Virus record (IMG/VR): IMGVR_UViG_3300025543_005580
Span: 1-64,000 of that record
Reading direction: 5' to 3' (one strand)
Length of the DNA: 64,000 bases
Origin: a virus
Position 1 is the stretch's first letter, and every line of letters begins with the position of its first letter. Of this stretch, positions 18,578-27,991 are shown one piece after another. The translations under genes and the position numbers were made by a program. The notes under the pieces were generated by a model that was not told the DNA's origin, made no database searches, and worked only from the letters and a program-made list of their open reading frames with translations.

Positions 18578-19621
18578 TTATTTTTCTATAAAACTATTTA
18601 ATACTTTAAAAATATCTTTAATCCAAAAATCTACATTTCGGATCATTTTACCAATTCCATCTTCATTATAAAGTCGTAAAAAAGCTTCAGGATTCAAAGC
18701 TGGAGGTGGAGAAGATTCAATTGCTTTTAGGTATTCTTTATCATTATCATCTATTAAGGGTTTATCTAAGTTCATTAATTTGAAATTAGTCTCTAAACGT
18801 TTAATATCTTGAACAACCCTAGCATATACAACATGGTCTTTTAGTTTATCTACTGAAATATTATATATATCATCTAAAGTTATATGTTGTGTTTTTAATT
18901 CAGGAAATTTTTTAAAAATACCTTTCTCTCCTAATCCTTTAATACCTGGGATTTTATCTGAATTATCACCCAATAAGGTTTTATATATAATAAAATTTTC
19001 AGCTAAACAACCAAATTTTTCTTCAATAAGTTGTTTTGTATAATATGTTTTTTCCATCGGTCTCCAAACAGTAACATTTTCATTTACTAGTTGTAAGAAG
19101 TCTTTATCACTAGATACAATAACTACTTTGGAATCATGTTTTTTAGGTAAATGTTTACTATAAAAAGCAATAATATCATCGGCTTCAGCCTTATCTATAG
19201 ATACAGTTTTAACAGGTAAACATTTTAAATAATGAATTAATCGTACAATTTGATCAATTTTTGAATTATGTTCATCATCTAAATCCTCAAATATCTCCCA
19301 ATTAGTAATACGTGAAGTATGTCTACCAGATTTGTATTCGGGGAGAAGATTCTTCCTATTATTAGAAGAACCAACTCCATCGAACACAACATAAACTGAA
19401 GTAGGTTGGATTTGATTAATCAAAGAACCAACTGAGCGTATAAAACCACCTAATCCACCAATATGAACTCCATCCTGATTGATGATATTCATCATTGCAA
19501 AATTTCTAAAAAATAAATTTAACCCATCGATCAATATAACTCGATCGTGTTCATTTTGGGATTCTATATCATTACCCTCACTTATTTCATTGAGTAGTTT
19601 AAGGTAGTCTTTTTGTTTCAT
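18578..19621 (-). CDS. 5'-3' exonuclease / flap endonuclease (T4 RNase H-like)
   Basis: LIDGLN, VVFDG, YKSGR, EADDII, SSDKDFLQL and GDNSDKIPGIKGLG. Confidence 0.92.
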   Translation of the reverse strand: MKQKDYLKLLNEISEGNDIESQNEHDRVILIDGLNLFFRNFAMMNIINQDGVHIGGLGGFIRSVGSLINQIQPTSVYVVFDGVGSSNNRKNLLPEYKSGRHTSRITNWEIFEDLDDEHNSKIDQIVRLIHYLKCLPVKTVSIDKAEADDIIAFYSKHLPKKHDSKVVIVSSDKDFLQLVNENVTVWRPMEKTYYTKQLIEEKFGCLAENFIIYKTLLGDNSDKIPGIKGLGEKGIFKKFPELKTQHITLDDIYNISVDKLKDHVVYARVVQDIKRLETNFKLMNLDKPLIDDNDKEYLKAIESSPPPALNPEAFLRLYNEDGIGKMIRNVDFWIKDIFKVLNSFIEK

Positions 19622-19637
19622 AACTTTTTATTTAACG

Positions 19638-19668
19638 TAAATATACAAAAAGAGGTTGGATAAACCAA
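19638..19668 (-). promoter_or_regulatory. Bacteroidota-type promoter (TTG-N20-TATATTTA)
   Basis: Plus strand TAAATATA at 19638-19645 and CAA at 19666-19668. Confidence 0.7.
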
Positions 19669-19672
19669 CCCC
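19647..19672 (-). terminator. Intrinsic terminator after the recA-like gene, overlapping the promoter
   Basis: Minus-strand RNA GGUUGG-UUUAU-CCAACC-UCUUUUU. Confidence 0.6.
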
Positions 19673-19680
19673 ATTTGCAT

Positions 19681-20763
19681 TTATTCAGGCTCATTTGAAA
19701 AAATATTAGTTGGGGCTTCTGATGATTCTTCTTCAAAAATATCAAAATCCATTCCTCCTAGTATTTTACTCCATGCCTCTACTTGTTCACTTTTATAATT
19801 CTTAAGTGCTTTTTCATCGTCATTGATAAAGCCGTGAGGTGTCATAATAATTCTACCTCTAGTAGTAATACCATTAATATGGTTTTTATCAATCTGTAGA
19901 TTTGTACGTTTAGCAAATTCTACTTGCTTACCGTCTTTAACTGCTTTGATTTTATTAGTACCTGCATTAGCAATATTACCAAATGTAACTACAAACGTTG
20001 CGTCATACCACATAGCAAACCCACCTTTGTTCATCATTTTGGGTTGTCCCATAGGCATTTCAGCTTTAGCAGCCCATACCTTATTTACACAAACTAAAGT
20101 ATTAGTATAAGGGGATGACTCTTTACGAGACATAACTACTTTCTGATTGACATTGTTGCTAAATTGGGTAGACATAGCACCTGCATTCCATTCATTGTTA
20201 TTTTTGTTTGATTTAATAGACATTTCACAAGGAATAGAACCAATTGAATCCCAGAAAAAACATAAATCATAAGGTAAATTACCTTTTTTCTGTTCATCCA
20301 TTAAATCTAAAATAAATCCAGCTACATCTTCAATTGAATTTAGGTTTTCTCTATCTATATAAATAAAATTACCTTCATAATTAATAATTTCACCTGTTTC
20401 TTCGTCTACCACTTCATCAAACTCTAAACCCATTTGTTTAGCGTGTTCCCAATTCCATTTCATCTCAGTAACAATAAAAACAGGTAGAATACCTGCTTTT
20501 TGAGCATTAACTGCTGCTTCGATAAGTGCAGTGGTTTTACCTGTGTCACTATGGCCTCGAAGAAGAACAATATGCCCAGTTGGAATACCGGGCACACTTG
20601 TTACTTCTTGAAAGGCAGGGGAAAGTGGGATCCACTGTTGAGGTTTAAACTTAACACTATTGTTAAGCATTTTCTTTTCCTTAAACTTATTAAGGTCGAA
20701 TCCTTTTTTAAGTTCTTTGGAGACCGCTTCCGTTAGCGAATCGCTTTTCTTTCTTTTTGCCAT
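19681..20763 (-). CDS. RecA/UvsX-like recombinase
   Basis: GIP.G.I, Walker A GHSDTGKT, FFWDSIGS, and a GG.A..Y loop. Confidence 0.85.
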   Translation of the reverse strand: MAKRKKSDSLTEAVSKELKKGFDLNKFKEKKMLNNSVKFKPQQWIPLSPAFQEVTSVPGIPTGHIVLLRGHSDTGKTTALIEAAVNAQKAGILPVFIVTEMKWNWEHAKQMGLEFDEVVDEETGEIINYEGNFIYIDRENLNSIEDVAGFILDLMDEQKKGNLPYDLCFFWDSIGSIPCEMSIKSNKNNNEWNAGAMSTQFSNNVNQKVVMSRKESSPYTNTLVCVNKVWAAKAEMPMGQPKMMNKGGFAMWYDATFVVTFGNIANAGTNKIKAVKDGKQVEFAKRTNLQIDKNHINGITTRGRIIMTPHGFINDDEKALKNYKSEQVEAWSKILGGMDFDIFEEESSEAPTNIFSNEPE

Positions 20764-20777
20764 AATGTATTAATTAA

Positions 20778-21596
20778 TTAAAATGGTAAATCGTCATTAT
20801 CATCCTCAAACAATGAATCAAACTTTTCAGCCTTAGTTACCTTAGGTGCTGGGGTCTTCATTGTATAATTTTTCTGTGGAGTTGATACTTCTGGTTCTTT
20901 TTCATCATCGATGATTGAACCTTCTTCATTTTCATCCTCTGGAGATAACCAATTCTGTAGGTGTGTTTTCATATCATCAAATGAATGACGTTTGAAAATC
21001 TCTAATGGGTTAGGTTGGTTCTCTAACCAATCATTTACTACATCAGCATTAGTATCAAGAGGTGTCTCTTTAACTTTAGGCATAATAGATGATTTGTTAT
21101 AAGAAGTACCTGTAACCTCAGGACCTACAGTAGTAATAGTAATATCACGACCAGTAGCTACATCAGTAAAGTCACCTACATCTTCATTATCAGCAAGGTT
21201 CAAGAAATCCATATACATTTCTTTACCAAACTGCCATAGTTTAACACCTTCATCTTCTTTACCACGAACGATAACTGGAGCAAATACACGCATTTTAGCA
21301 TCTAGTTTTTTAGCTAAACGCCAGTTTTCACTTTCGTTAGTTTGACGTAGTTGCTTTGCGAATTCAGCAATAGGATCTTTTTCACCAAAATTAGTAGGTG
21401 AGATCATTACTTTTGGACCAATACCATAGTAGAAGAATGCTTCTGTAAATGGGTTAGCTTTGTTATACTTATTAGGTACAACACGGATTGTTTGTTTACC
21501 GACTTCTGGTCGCCAAAAAACATTTTTACGTTCTCCTTGGGGAGCATTTTTTGTCTGAATGGAGTTCAGACGGTTTCTGATTTCATTTAAATCCAT
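20778..21596 (-). CDS. Single-stranded DNA-binding protein, T4 gp32-like
   Basis: FW.P..G...IR..P, G..LW.FGK, D...GRD and an acidic C-terminus DDLPF; adjacent to the recombinase. Confidence 0.8.
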   Translation of the reverse strand: MDLNEIRNRLNSIQTKNAPQGERKNVFWRPEVGKQTIRVVPNKYNKANPFTEAFFYYGIGPKVMISPTNFGEKDPIAEFAKQLRQTNESENWRLAKKLDAKMRVFAPVIVRGKEDEGVKLWQFGKEMYMDFLNLADNEDVGDFTDVATGRDITITTVGPEVTGTSYNKSSIMPKVKETPLDTNADVVNDWLENQPNPLEIFKRHSFDDMKTHLQNWLSPEDENEEGSIIDDEKEPEVSTPQKNYTMKTPAPKVTKAEKFDSLFEDDNDDLPF

Positions 21597-21624
21597 AACT
21601 TGTTATTATTATTATTAAAACGGT

Positions 21625-21655
21625 TAAATATACAAAACGGGGATTAAACCTCCAA
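21625..21655 (-). promoter_or_regulatory. Bacteroidota-type promoter (TTG-N20-TATATTTA)
   Basis: Plus strand TAAATATA at 21625-21632 and CAA at 21653-21655. Confidence 0.7.
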
Positions 21656-21656
21656 A

Positions 21657-22139
21657 TTAAAGTTCAATAATATTATGAACTTTTGTATTTAGTTGTTTAA
21701 TTTCATTTCCTTGAGTAAGGAGGATACAATTACGATAATGTTGCCAATCAACCCTAAATTTAGGATCTACAACACCTCCATTAAGTGACTTAATTAAAGT
21801 ATTAAGAGCATTAATAGTATAAAGTGTATTAGTATCTTTTTTACGATGAACTAGAATTGTGTTAGATGGGATACCATCTACATTTCCTTGTTCAACATTA
21901 TAAGTAATAACATATTCGCCCGTACTTTTAATAAAAAGTACAAACATTTTATTATACATTATATCATATGATCTAGAAATATCATCTACCATAGAATCAA
22001 TATTCTCTTCATTTACGAAAGTACAAAATAATTTATTATTCACATCAACTGTATTTATGTTTTGGTCGAAATCATATCGACCAGTATACATATTTAGTTT
22101 TGATGTTAAAATTGGATTAGAAGTTGTATGTTGTTCCAT
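21657..22139 (-). CDS. Hypothetical protein in the replication module
   Basis: ORF between the PolA-like and SSB genes (HRKK.TNTLYTINALN). Confidence 0.65.
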   Translation of the reverse strand: MEQHTTSNPILTSKLNMYTGRYDFDQNINTVDVNNKLFCTFVNEENIDSMVDDISRSYDIMYNKMFVLFIKSTGEYVITYNVEQGNVDGIPSNTILVHRKKDTNTLYTINALNTLIKSLNGGVVDPKFRVDWQHYRNCILLTQGNEIKQLNTKVHNIIEL

Positions 22140-23397
22140 AACCTGTTTTTGTTTGTAGTTTTTTATTTTTAAATATTTTATTTATCTCTTGTTCTAAATT
22201 TTCACTCTCATCTATATCGAATAAAAAACTATCATAAGTATATAATACTATTTTAGACTTTTTACCTTTTAATAACTTATTTATTTCTATCAATATACAA
22301 ACGTTGGTCGCGGTCTCCAAGTTTTGAAGAACATAATTAAACAACTTTTGAGGGTTCATATTATCTAATTTCGATTTCTCGAGCCAATACCCAGAGCGTA
22401 AAACTTCAATATGACCATCCTCGTTAAATTTTTTCCAATTATCATCTATATATCTCTTTACTTTTTGGAAAAATTCAAGGTGTTCGTATTCCTTAAATAT
22501 TCCTCCGTATAGTTGTTTAAATGTTAATTCTTTGGCTTTTTTATAATCCACTCCGTACATATCGGCAAATGCTTGATGTACATCATCTACATCAAACTCA
22601 TAGTCTACTAAATGTGCTGCTAAATTAGGGTGATAAGCACTAATATCTATTTCTACAAATTTATCATTTTGTGGAACAAAACTTTCTCTAGCACCCGAGT
22701 CTTTATTTAAGGCTGCAAAATTAATGCCATTGTAAGAATTACTTGGTCGCTTAGTAGTTGTAAATAAATTGAAATTTGTGTAAATTTTATCATCTGAAAT
22801 TGAGTATATTGGGTTATTGGGATTAAAGTGTTTATCAAACAACTCTCTATTTATGTGAATACCATTTTTCTCAATCCCAAAAAAAGCTAACGTAGTATAC
22901 TCATTGTAGAATCTAAAATAGGGTGGCAATTCTTTATCAAGTGATGGACGAATTGTCTCATATATTTTTTCACACACCTCATAATGTTTTACTATAGGTA
23001 CTATTTTATTTATATCCTTTTTATTAGGATATTTTTGATATAATATATTGTGAGCTTGTGTTTGTTCTTGTATATACGGAGGAACGATTATGGAGCTGTC
23101 GAGCAAGGCTTTAATTTGAAAATAAAACAATGCCGATTTTTTATCGCGTACCCATAATTTATCTACTTGTGTTAATAACTCGTCTACTAGCGTTTTACTT
23201 ACACCTAAACACTCGCTATGCGTAATGCATAACATAAAACCTTTAGTTTCTATAAACGGTTTAAAATAAACTAGGGAAACATCATTTAGGGCAGGATGAA
23301 CATTATTATGAAATGGGATTATTTCAATGAATGCTTCTTTATACTGCCTATTTATTAAATAATTTATTTGTTCTTCAGTCTCTATTAACCAATACAT
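22117..23397 (-). CDS. Short, divergent family A DNA polymerase-like protein
   Basis: T.T.RPS, motif A VEIDISAYHP, motif B KKAKELTFKQLYG and motif C LYTYDSFLFD. Confidence 0.8.
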   Translation of the reverse strand: MYWLIETEEQINYLINRQYKEAFIEIIPFHNNVHPALNDVSLVYFKPFIETKGFMLCITHSECLGVSKTLVDELLTQVDKLWVRDKKSALFYFQIKALLDSSIIVPPYIQEQTQAHNILYQKYPNKKDINKIVPIVKHYEVCEKIYETIRPSLDKELPPYFRFYNEYTTLAFFGIEKNGIHINRELFDKHFNPNNPIYSISDDKIYTNFNLFTTTKRPSNSYNGINFAALNKDSGARESFVPQNDKFVEIDISAYHPNLAAHLVDYEFDVDDVHQAFADMYGVDYKKAKELTFKQLYGGIFKEYEHLEFFQKVKRYIDDNWKKFNEDGHIEVLRSGYWLEKSKLDNMNPQKLFNYVLQNLETATNVCILIEINKLLKGKKSKIVLYTYDSFLFDIDESENLEQEINKIFKNKKLQTKTGYGTTYNF

Positions 23398-23408
23398 TTA
23401 TAACCATT

Positions 23409-24050
23409 TTACTTGTAGTACTTAATATAATTATGTTTTAAGTAATCTCCAAGTTTAGGTAATCTATTTCTAAAAGCAGTTAATTTTACTATGTTTTCGT
23501 TTGTTGTTGCTACCTTATTTTTATCTCCACTTATATTCCAAGGTAAAGTAAAAGGTATGTACATTGCAAACATTATTGATGGGTTTTTGTTAATAATTAA
23601 ATCATATTGTTCTTTATCTATTTCAATATAAATTATATTATTAGCCCTTTTAACAAAATATCTTCTAAATTCACCTATAGTATAATCTTCATCTGTTGGG
23701 TAAGTTGGATTATAATATGGATTTTGAATTGATGTAGGGACAGAAGTTAAAGCTACATAGTCAGAATAAATATTTTGTGTTGATTGGAATTCAGGTAGGA
23801 TAGTAGGGTCAGCATCATTTGATTTAAATGCGGCTACTATCTGTTTTGTTTGGGGTATAGAATTTAACTTAACATTAGGAATTTCAACTATTTCTTGAGG
23901 TTGGTCTGATTGTGGTGATTTACCTGTATAGTATTTTCCCGTTGATATTTTGTAGTAAAATCCTTTGTATGGGGTACCATCTAGATATTGATACTCTGTA
24001 CCATCTGTTTGGAGATTTGTTTTTATTTGAGATAAAGGATAATAAGGCAT
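23409..24050 (-). CDS. Hypothetical protein, probably structural
   Basis: Ends the baseplate gene run; no recognisable catalytic motif. Confidence 0.55.
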   Translation of the reverse strand: MPYYPLSQIKTNLQTDGTEYQYLDGTPYKGFYYKISTGKYYTGKSPQSDQPQEIVEIPNVKLNSIPQTKQIVAAFKSNDADPTILPEFQSTQNIYSDYVALTSVPTSIQNPYYNPTYPTDEDYTIGEFRRYFVKRANNIIYIEIDKEQYDLIINKNPSIMFAMYIPFTLPWNISGDKNKVATTNENIVKLTAFRNRLPKLGDYLKHNYIKYYK

Positions 24051-24054
24051 AATT

Positions 24055-27000
24055 TTAAAAATCTGTATTTACTGACACTTTGGTTTTTCCACCATATTCA
24101 TTTATATAAAAATAATATACTACTCCCTTTTTATTAATCATATTTGTTCTTATCAAGAGGAGCCACGCTTTGAAATTTGCTAAGTTAGGTTCTTGAATTT
24201 TGTATATTTGTTTTTGTATTGATGGTTGTGATAGCCATTTATTAAATGCGTCTCTAGCTCCTTCTTCGTTATCATTAAGTATACCTCCACTATAAGGACT
24301 AAATAAGTGTCCTCCATTTTTTCCTTCATTATCTCTTAGGTTAAAAATCTCAATAATTCTACTATTTAAATCAGAAAGTGCTCGTAAAGATTCCTCTTCT
24401 TTTGGACGAGTTGGATTGAATATGTCTCCATTGTCACCAGTGTTACCAGTGTTACCTGCTAAATTTAAATAAAGTTTACGGATTTTAGGAGTTGGTAGCA
24501 TATCTGATTTACCTGTGTCACTAGAATTATGTGTGTACCATCCAGGTTTGTCTATCTTCCATGATGTTGTTCCTTTTTTAGGGAATAAACGATTCCAATT
24601 TTCTTGGTTAAAAATAAATTTAGGGATACTACTATGTTCGGATTGGAGTTTTTTAAAAAGAGATAAAAGAGTGTTATATTGAGCATCGGTTATTTCTTGA
24701 CCATATGTATGACCTTTATATGGGGATGGTTTTCCATCAAATCCAACTAATTTTACCATAGGGGATTGGTTAGGTTGTTTTAATGTACCATCTGCATTTG
24801 TATTTGAACTACTTTTGAAACCAATGTTTTGAAGACTTATACCAATAGAAGGTGAATTTGCATTACCAGCATGAAAAGCTCTATATTTATTATTCATAAT
24901 TTGTTCATTATGACCAGCACCATCTATAATGTAATGATAAGATAATCCTTTTTGATCACCTCCTGCTTTTGTTTGGTCTCTATTGTTAAGGAATTGGATT
25001 GTTTGTAAACCCTTATCAGTAAGTTGCCATCCAGCACTATAGTGGAGGAATATTTGGCTTTTTTCAAATTCTTTTGCTTGGTATGCTGTTGGTTTTAATG
25101 GGAATCCACTTGTGATTGTTACATTAGTATCCCCATAATCTTGGTTAGTCCCCCTTGAACTATTATCGTAATTAGTATTATTGTTTCGTTTTCTACCCTC
25201 TACAGATTCTAATTTTGTATCTGATTTGGGTGAGAATGGGTTTTTAGGGACTGCTATAGAATTTATTTTAGTTTCCCATTTATTTCCAATAATACTATGT
25301 TCTACCCCACTAATTAAAAATTCTAAGGAATTTGGATAATTTGATGGGAGAAATGAAGTATCAGTTATAAATTTTTGATATACCCTCATCCCAGATAACC
25401 CATCCATTGTTAATGAAAGATTAAAAGGTAAGAATCCTGAACTTGCAGTAGCATATTTGTTATATTTTAATCCTTCTGTTGAATTTTCATCTTCAGTTTC
25501 GTTTTTTAATTGAGTTTTCTTTGATTGATCAAATTCAATTATAGTTTGAACACAAGTTTTAAAAGCACTTACATTTTCGGGGTTAAAGGTTGGTTTTCCT
25601 TCACCATTAGGAGAACCTATTTCTTGCAAAAATGCACCTAAGTTTTTTAATGTTTGGGTATAATTTTTTTCAGTTGATTCTTCTTCTGCTTTATCTGCTT
25701 CTTCATCAGTAATACCGGGGGATGTAATTATTGGTTTTATTCTGTCTGCAAAACCATTATTCATTCTAGAAACTCCAGTAGCATCTTCTCCTGTAATTTG
25801 TCCATTACTATTAGCCCCTATAGTAATCATAGTAGCTAGGTTAGGAGAAATTGAAGTTTCAAATGAGAAATCAGTAATAAACCCTGAGGTTTGGTTTCCC
25901 TTTTCGGGGATGTAGTAACCATATATATCAAAAGCAGCTAATTTAGTTGATATCGGGGGGTTGTATAGGTTTTCTAAAAAATAGTCTCTATCAGGAAGTG
26001 GGTTTGTATCTATAATTCTTAAAGTATTTGTTTCTTCAACAAATGTAGGTTCTATTTTACTATAGTTACCTGTTGAATCGTTCCAACCATTACATAATGA
26101 ATTTATAAAATCAATTAATGCTACTTTTCCTTCTACAACATTATTAGATAAGCAAGATAAAACAAAATCTATATTAAAATAGATATTCATTAACTTTCCA
26201 TATCTATTTTCTCCTCTTTCTTTTTCAAATTCTTCTCCTTTAGGTAGATATTTCATAATAACTCCATTAGAAAATTCATTACTATAAGAAACTTGACATA
26301 CTCTGTTATCTGTTGGGTATTGGCGAGCGGCTAGAATTATTAAATTAGTTTCTGCATCAGTATCTATAAAAAATAATTTTTGTTTTTCTACATCGGGAAC
26401 TATATTAGTAGATATCCAATCTAAAAGTCTACCAAAATGGATGAAGTAATGAGGAGGAACCCCATTTTCATATTCTTGTCTTATATAAGATGTTATTTTT
26501 TCATTTTTTGCATTTCTACCTGTAATCCTTGTTATTCCTGCATTATTTGCTGCTAGTGTATCAAATAGAATAATATTATCATATATCCATCTTCCTAAGG
26601 AATTAGCATCTCTATTAGCATAAACACCTGCTTGTCCTATAGCTTCTGCATTTGCTTTTTTTTCTTCAAACTGCTTAATTGCGTCTAGTGCCTTTTTAAC
26701 ATTTAATTGTTCATTAAATTCAGCATATTGATCATTAAGTACCTGTTGATTTGAGGTTGATTCTGCAGGAAATGCACCTACATCATATGCAGCGGCGCTA
26801 GTGTTTGAACTTTTGTATATTTTATCTCTCTCTTTCTCACTTTGTTCTACTACTTCATACGCTCTATCTAAACCAGTATTGAATTTATCACCTAAAAGGA
26901 TATTAGTCCTTAATGATTCAATAACATCACCCATACTTCTAAGTATAACGGTAACATCATAGGAACCATCTTTATTAAAAGTCCAATTAAAATTAACTAC

Positions 27001-27690
27001 TTTACCTAAAAGAGCATCATAGTTACCATTGGAATCTAGTCTAAGTTTATTTATATATTCATAATAGGTTGAATATTTAATAGGTTTAGCTCCTTTTAAA
27101 CCTAAAAATGAATCCATTAAAGTAAATTCATTATCGGGGATATGTGTCCCATCATTTTGGTAATAAGAACTATGACCCCATTCTAATAACATTGTAAATC
27201 CTAAACGAAGATATAAAGTATCAATAATATCAAATTGAACTCTATTATGACATTTGATTTGTATTGTTGATGTTTTTAATGAACCTCTAGTTTCTGTTTT
27301 AGTACTCATAGCCACAATACCCGGCATAGGAGTTAAACCTTGTTCATTACCTCCAATACCATAAGCAAAATTACCATGAAGTGGGGTTACAGAGTCTGAG
27401 CCTGAGACTGAGGATGAAACTATTCCTGATCTTTGGGTAGGGATTTTTGACTCAAATCTAGAGACACCATTAAAAAGGACATATTCTTTAGCTAATTCAT
27501 TTGCTAAAAGACCTAAATTTCTAGCATCTATTTCTACATCTACAGAAGAACCCATTCGAACCCATCCCGTTCTTGAATTTAAAAACGTATTAATTGAATT
27601 ATCTCGGGTTTTAGAACCATATATTTCTTGACGTTTTTCAATTTGACTAACTATTGTTTGATTAAAACCTTCTCCTATTATATTTCCCAT
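24055..27690 (-). CDS. Baseplate hub / tail-associated lysin with an Amidase_2 domain
   Basis: N-terminal hub-like region (LRLGFTMLLEWG, G.V.NF.W); C-terminal LHYSAG, SYHYIID, AFHAG..N..SIGI and H......K.D zinc-amidase motifs. Confidence 0.75.
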   Translation of the reverse strand: MGNIIGEGFNQTIVSQIEKRQEIYGSKTRDNSINTFLNSRTGWVRMGSSVDVEIDARNLGLLANELAKEYVLFNGVSRFESKIPTQRSGIVSSSVSGSDSVTPLHGNFAYGIGGNEQGLTPMPGIVAMSTKTETRGSLKTSTIQIKCHNRVQFDIIDTLYLRLGFTMLLEWGHSSYYQNDGTHIPDNEFTLMDSFLGLKGAKPIKYSTYYEYINKLRLDSNGNYDALLGKVVNFNWTFNKDGSYDVTVILRSMGDVIESLRTNILLGDKFNTGLDRAYEVVEQSEKERDKIYKSSNTSAAAYDVGAFPAESTSNQQVLNDQYAEFNEQLNVKKALDAIKQFEEKKANAEAIGQAGVYANRDANSLGRWIYDNIILFDTLAANNAGITRITGRNAKNEKITSYIRQEYENGVPPHYFIHFGRLLDWISTNIVPDVEKQKLFFIDTDAETNLIILAARQYPTDNRVCQVSYSNEFSNGVIMKYLPKGEEFEKERGENRYGKLMNIYFNIDFVLSCLSNNVVEGKVALIDFINSLCNGWNDSTGNYSKIEPTFVEETNTLRIIDTNPLPDRDYFLENLYNPPISTKLAAFDIYGYYIPEKGNQTSGFITDFSFETSISPNLATMITIGANSNGQITGEDATGVSRMNNGFADRIKPIITSPGITDEEADKAEEESTEKNYTQTLKNLGAFLQEIGSPNGEGKPTFNPENVSAFKTCVQTIIEFDQSKKTQLKNETEDENSTEGLKYNKYATASSGFLPFNLSLTMDGLSGMRVYQKFITDTSFLPSNYPNSLEFLISGVEHSIIGNKWETKINSIAVPKNPFSPKSDTKLESVEGRKRNNNTNYDNSSRGTNQDYGDTNVTITSGFPLKPTAYQAKEFEKSQIFLHYSAGWQLTDKGLQTIQFLNNRDQTKAGGDQKGLSYHYIIDGAGHNEQIMNNKYRAFHAGNANSPSIGISLQNIGFKSSSNTNADGTLKQPNQSPMVKLVGFDGKPSPYKGHTYGQEITDAQYNTLLSLFKKLQSEHSSIPKFIFNQENWNRLFPKKGTTSWKIDKPGWYTHNSSDTGKSDMLPTPKIRKLYLNLAGNTGNTGDNGDIFNPTRPKEEESLRALSDLNSRIIEIFNLRDNEGKNGGHLFSPYSGGILNDNEEGARDAFNKWLSQPSIQKQIYKIQEPNLANFKAWLLLIRTNMINKKGVVYYFYINEYGGKTKVSVNTDF

Positions 27691-27691
27691 A

Positions 27692-27988
27692 TTAAGAGTT
27701 TATTCTTTTAAATTGTTGTACTATTGCTCCTTGATTTGTAGGGATTCTAATTTGAATACCTTCTGGGATTATTAATGAATTTTGTGGGATTGATGGGTTT
27801 GCTATTGATATGACCCACCATAATGAACTATCTTGATAGTACTGTTGTGCTAATATATCAAATCTGTCTCCCCTAGATGTATAAACATATATATCATTAT
27901 TAGATAAAGGAATCTCTGGGTAACGAGTTGTTACATAGGAGAGTTTTTTCTTAGTTCTAATTTTTGGTATGTTATTATATCTATTCAT
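27692..27988 (-). CDS. LysM-like baseplate wedge protein (gpX/gp53-like)
   Basis: GDRFDILAQQYY.D..LWWVI.IAN....G.QIRIP. Confidence 0.8.
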   Translation of the reverse strand: MNRYNNIPKIRTKKKLSYVTTRYPEIPLSNNDIYVYTSRGDRFDILAQQYYQDSSLWWVISIANPSIPQNSLIIPEGIQIRIPTNQGAIVQQFKRINS

Positions 27989-27991
27989 TTT

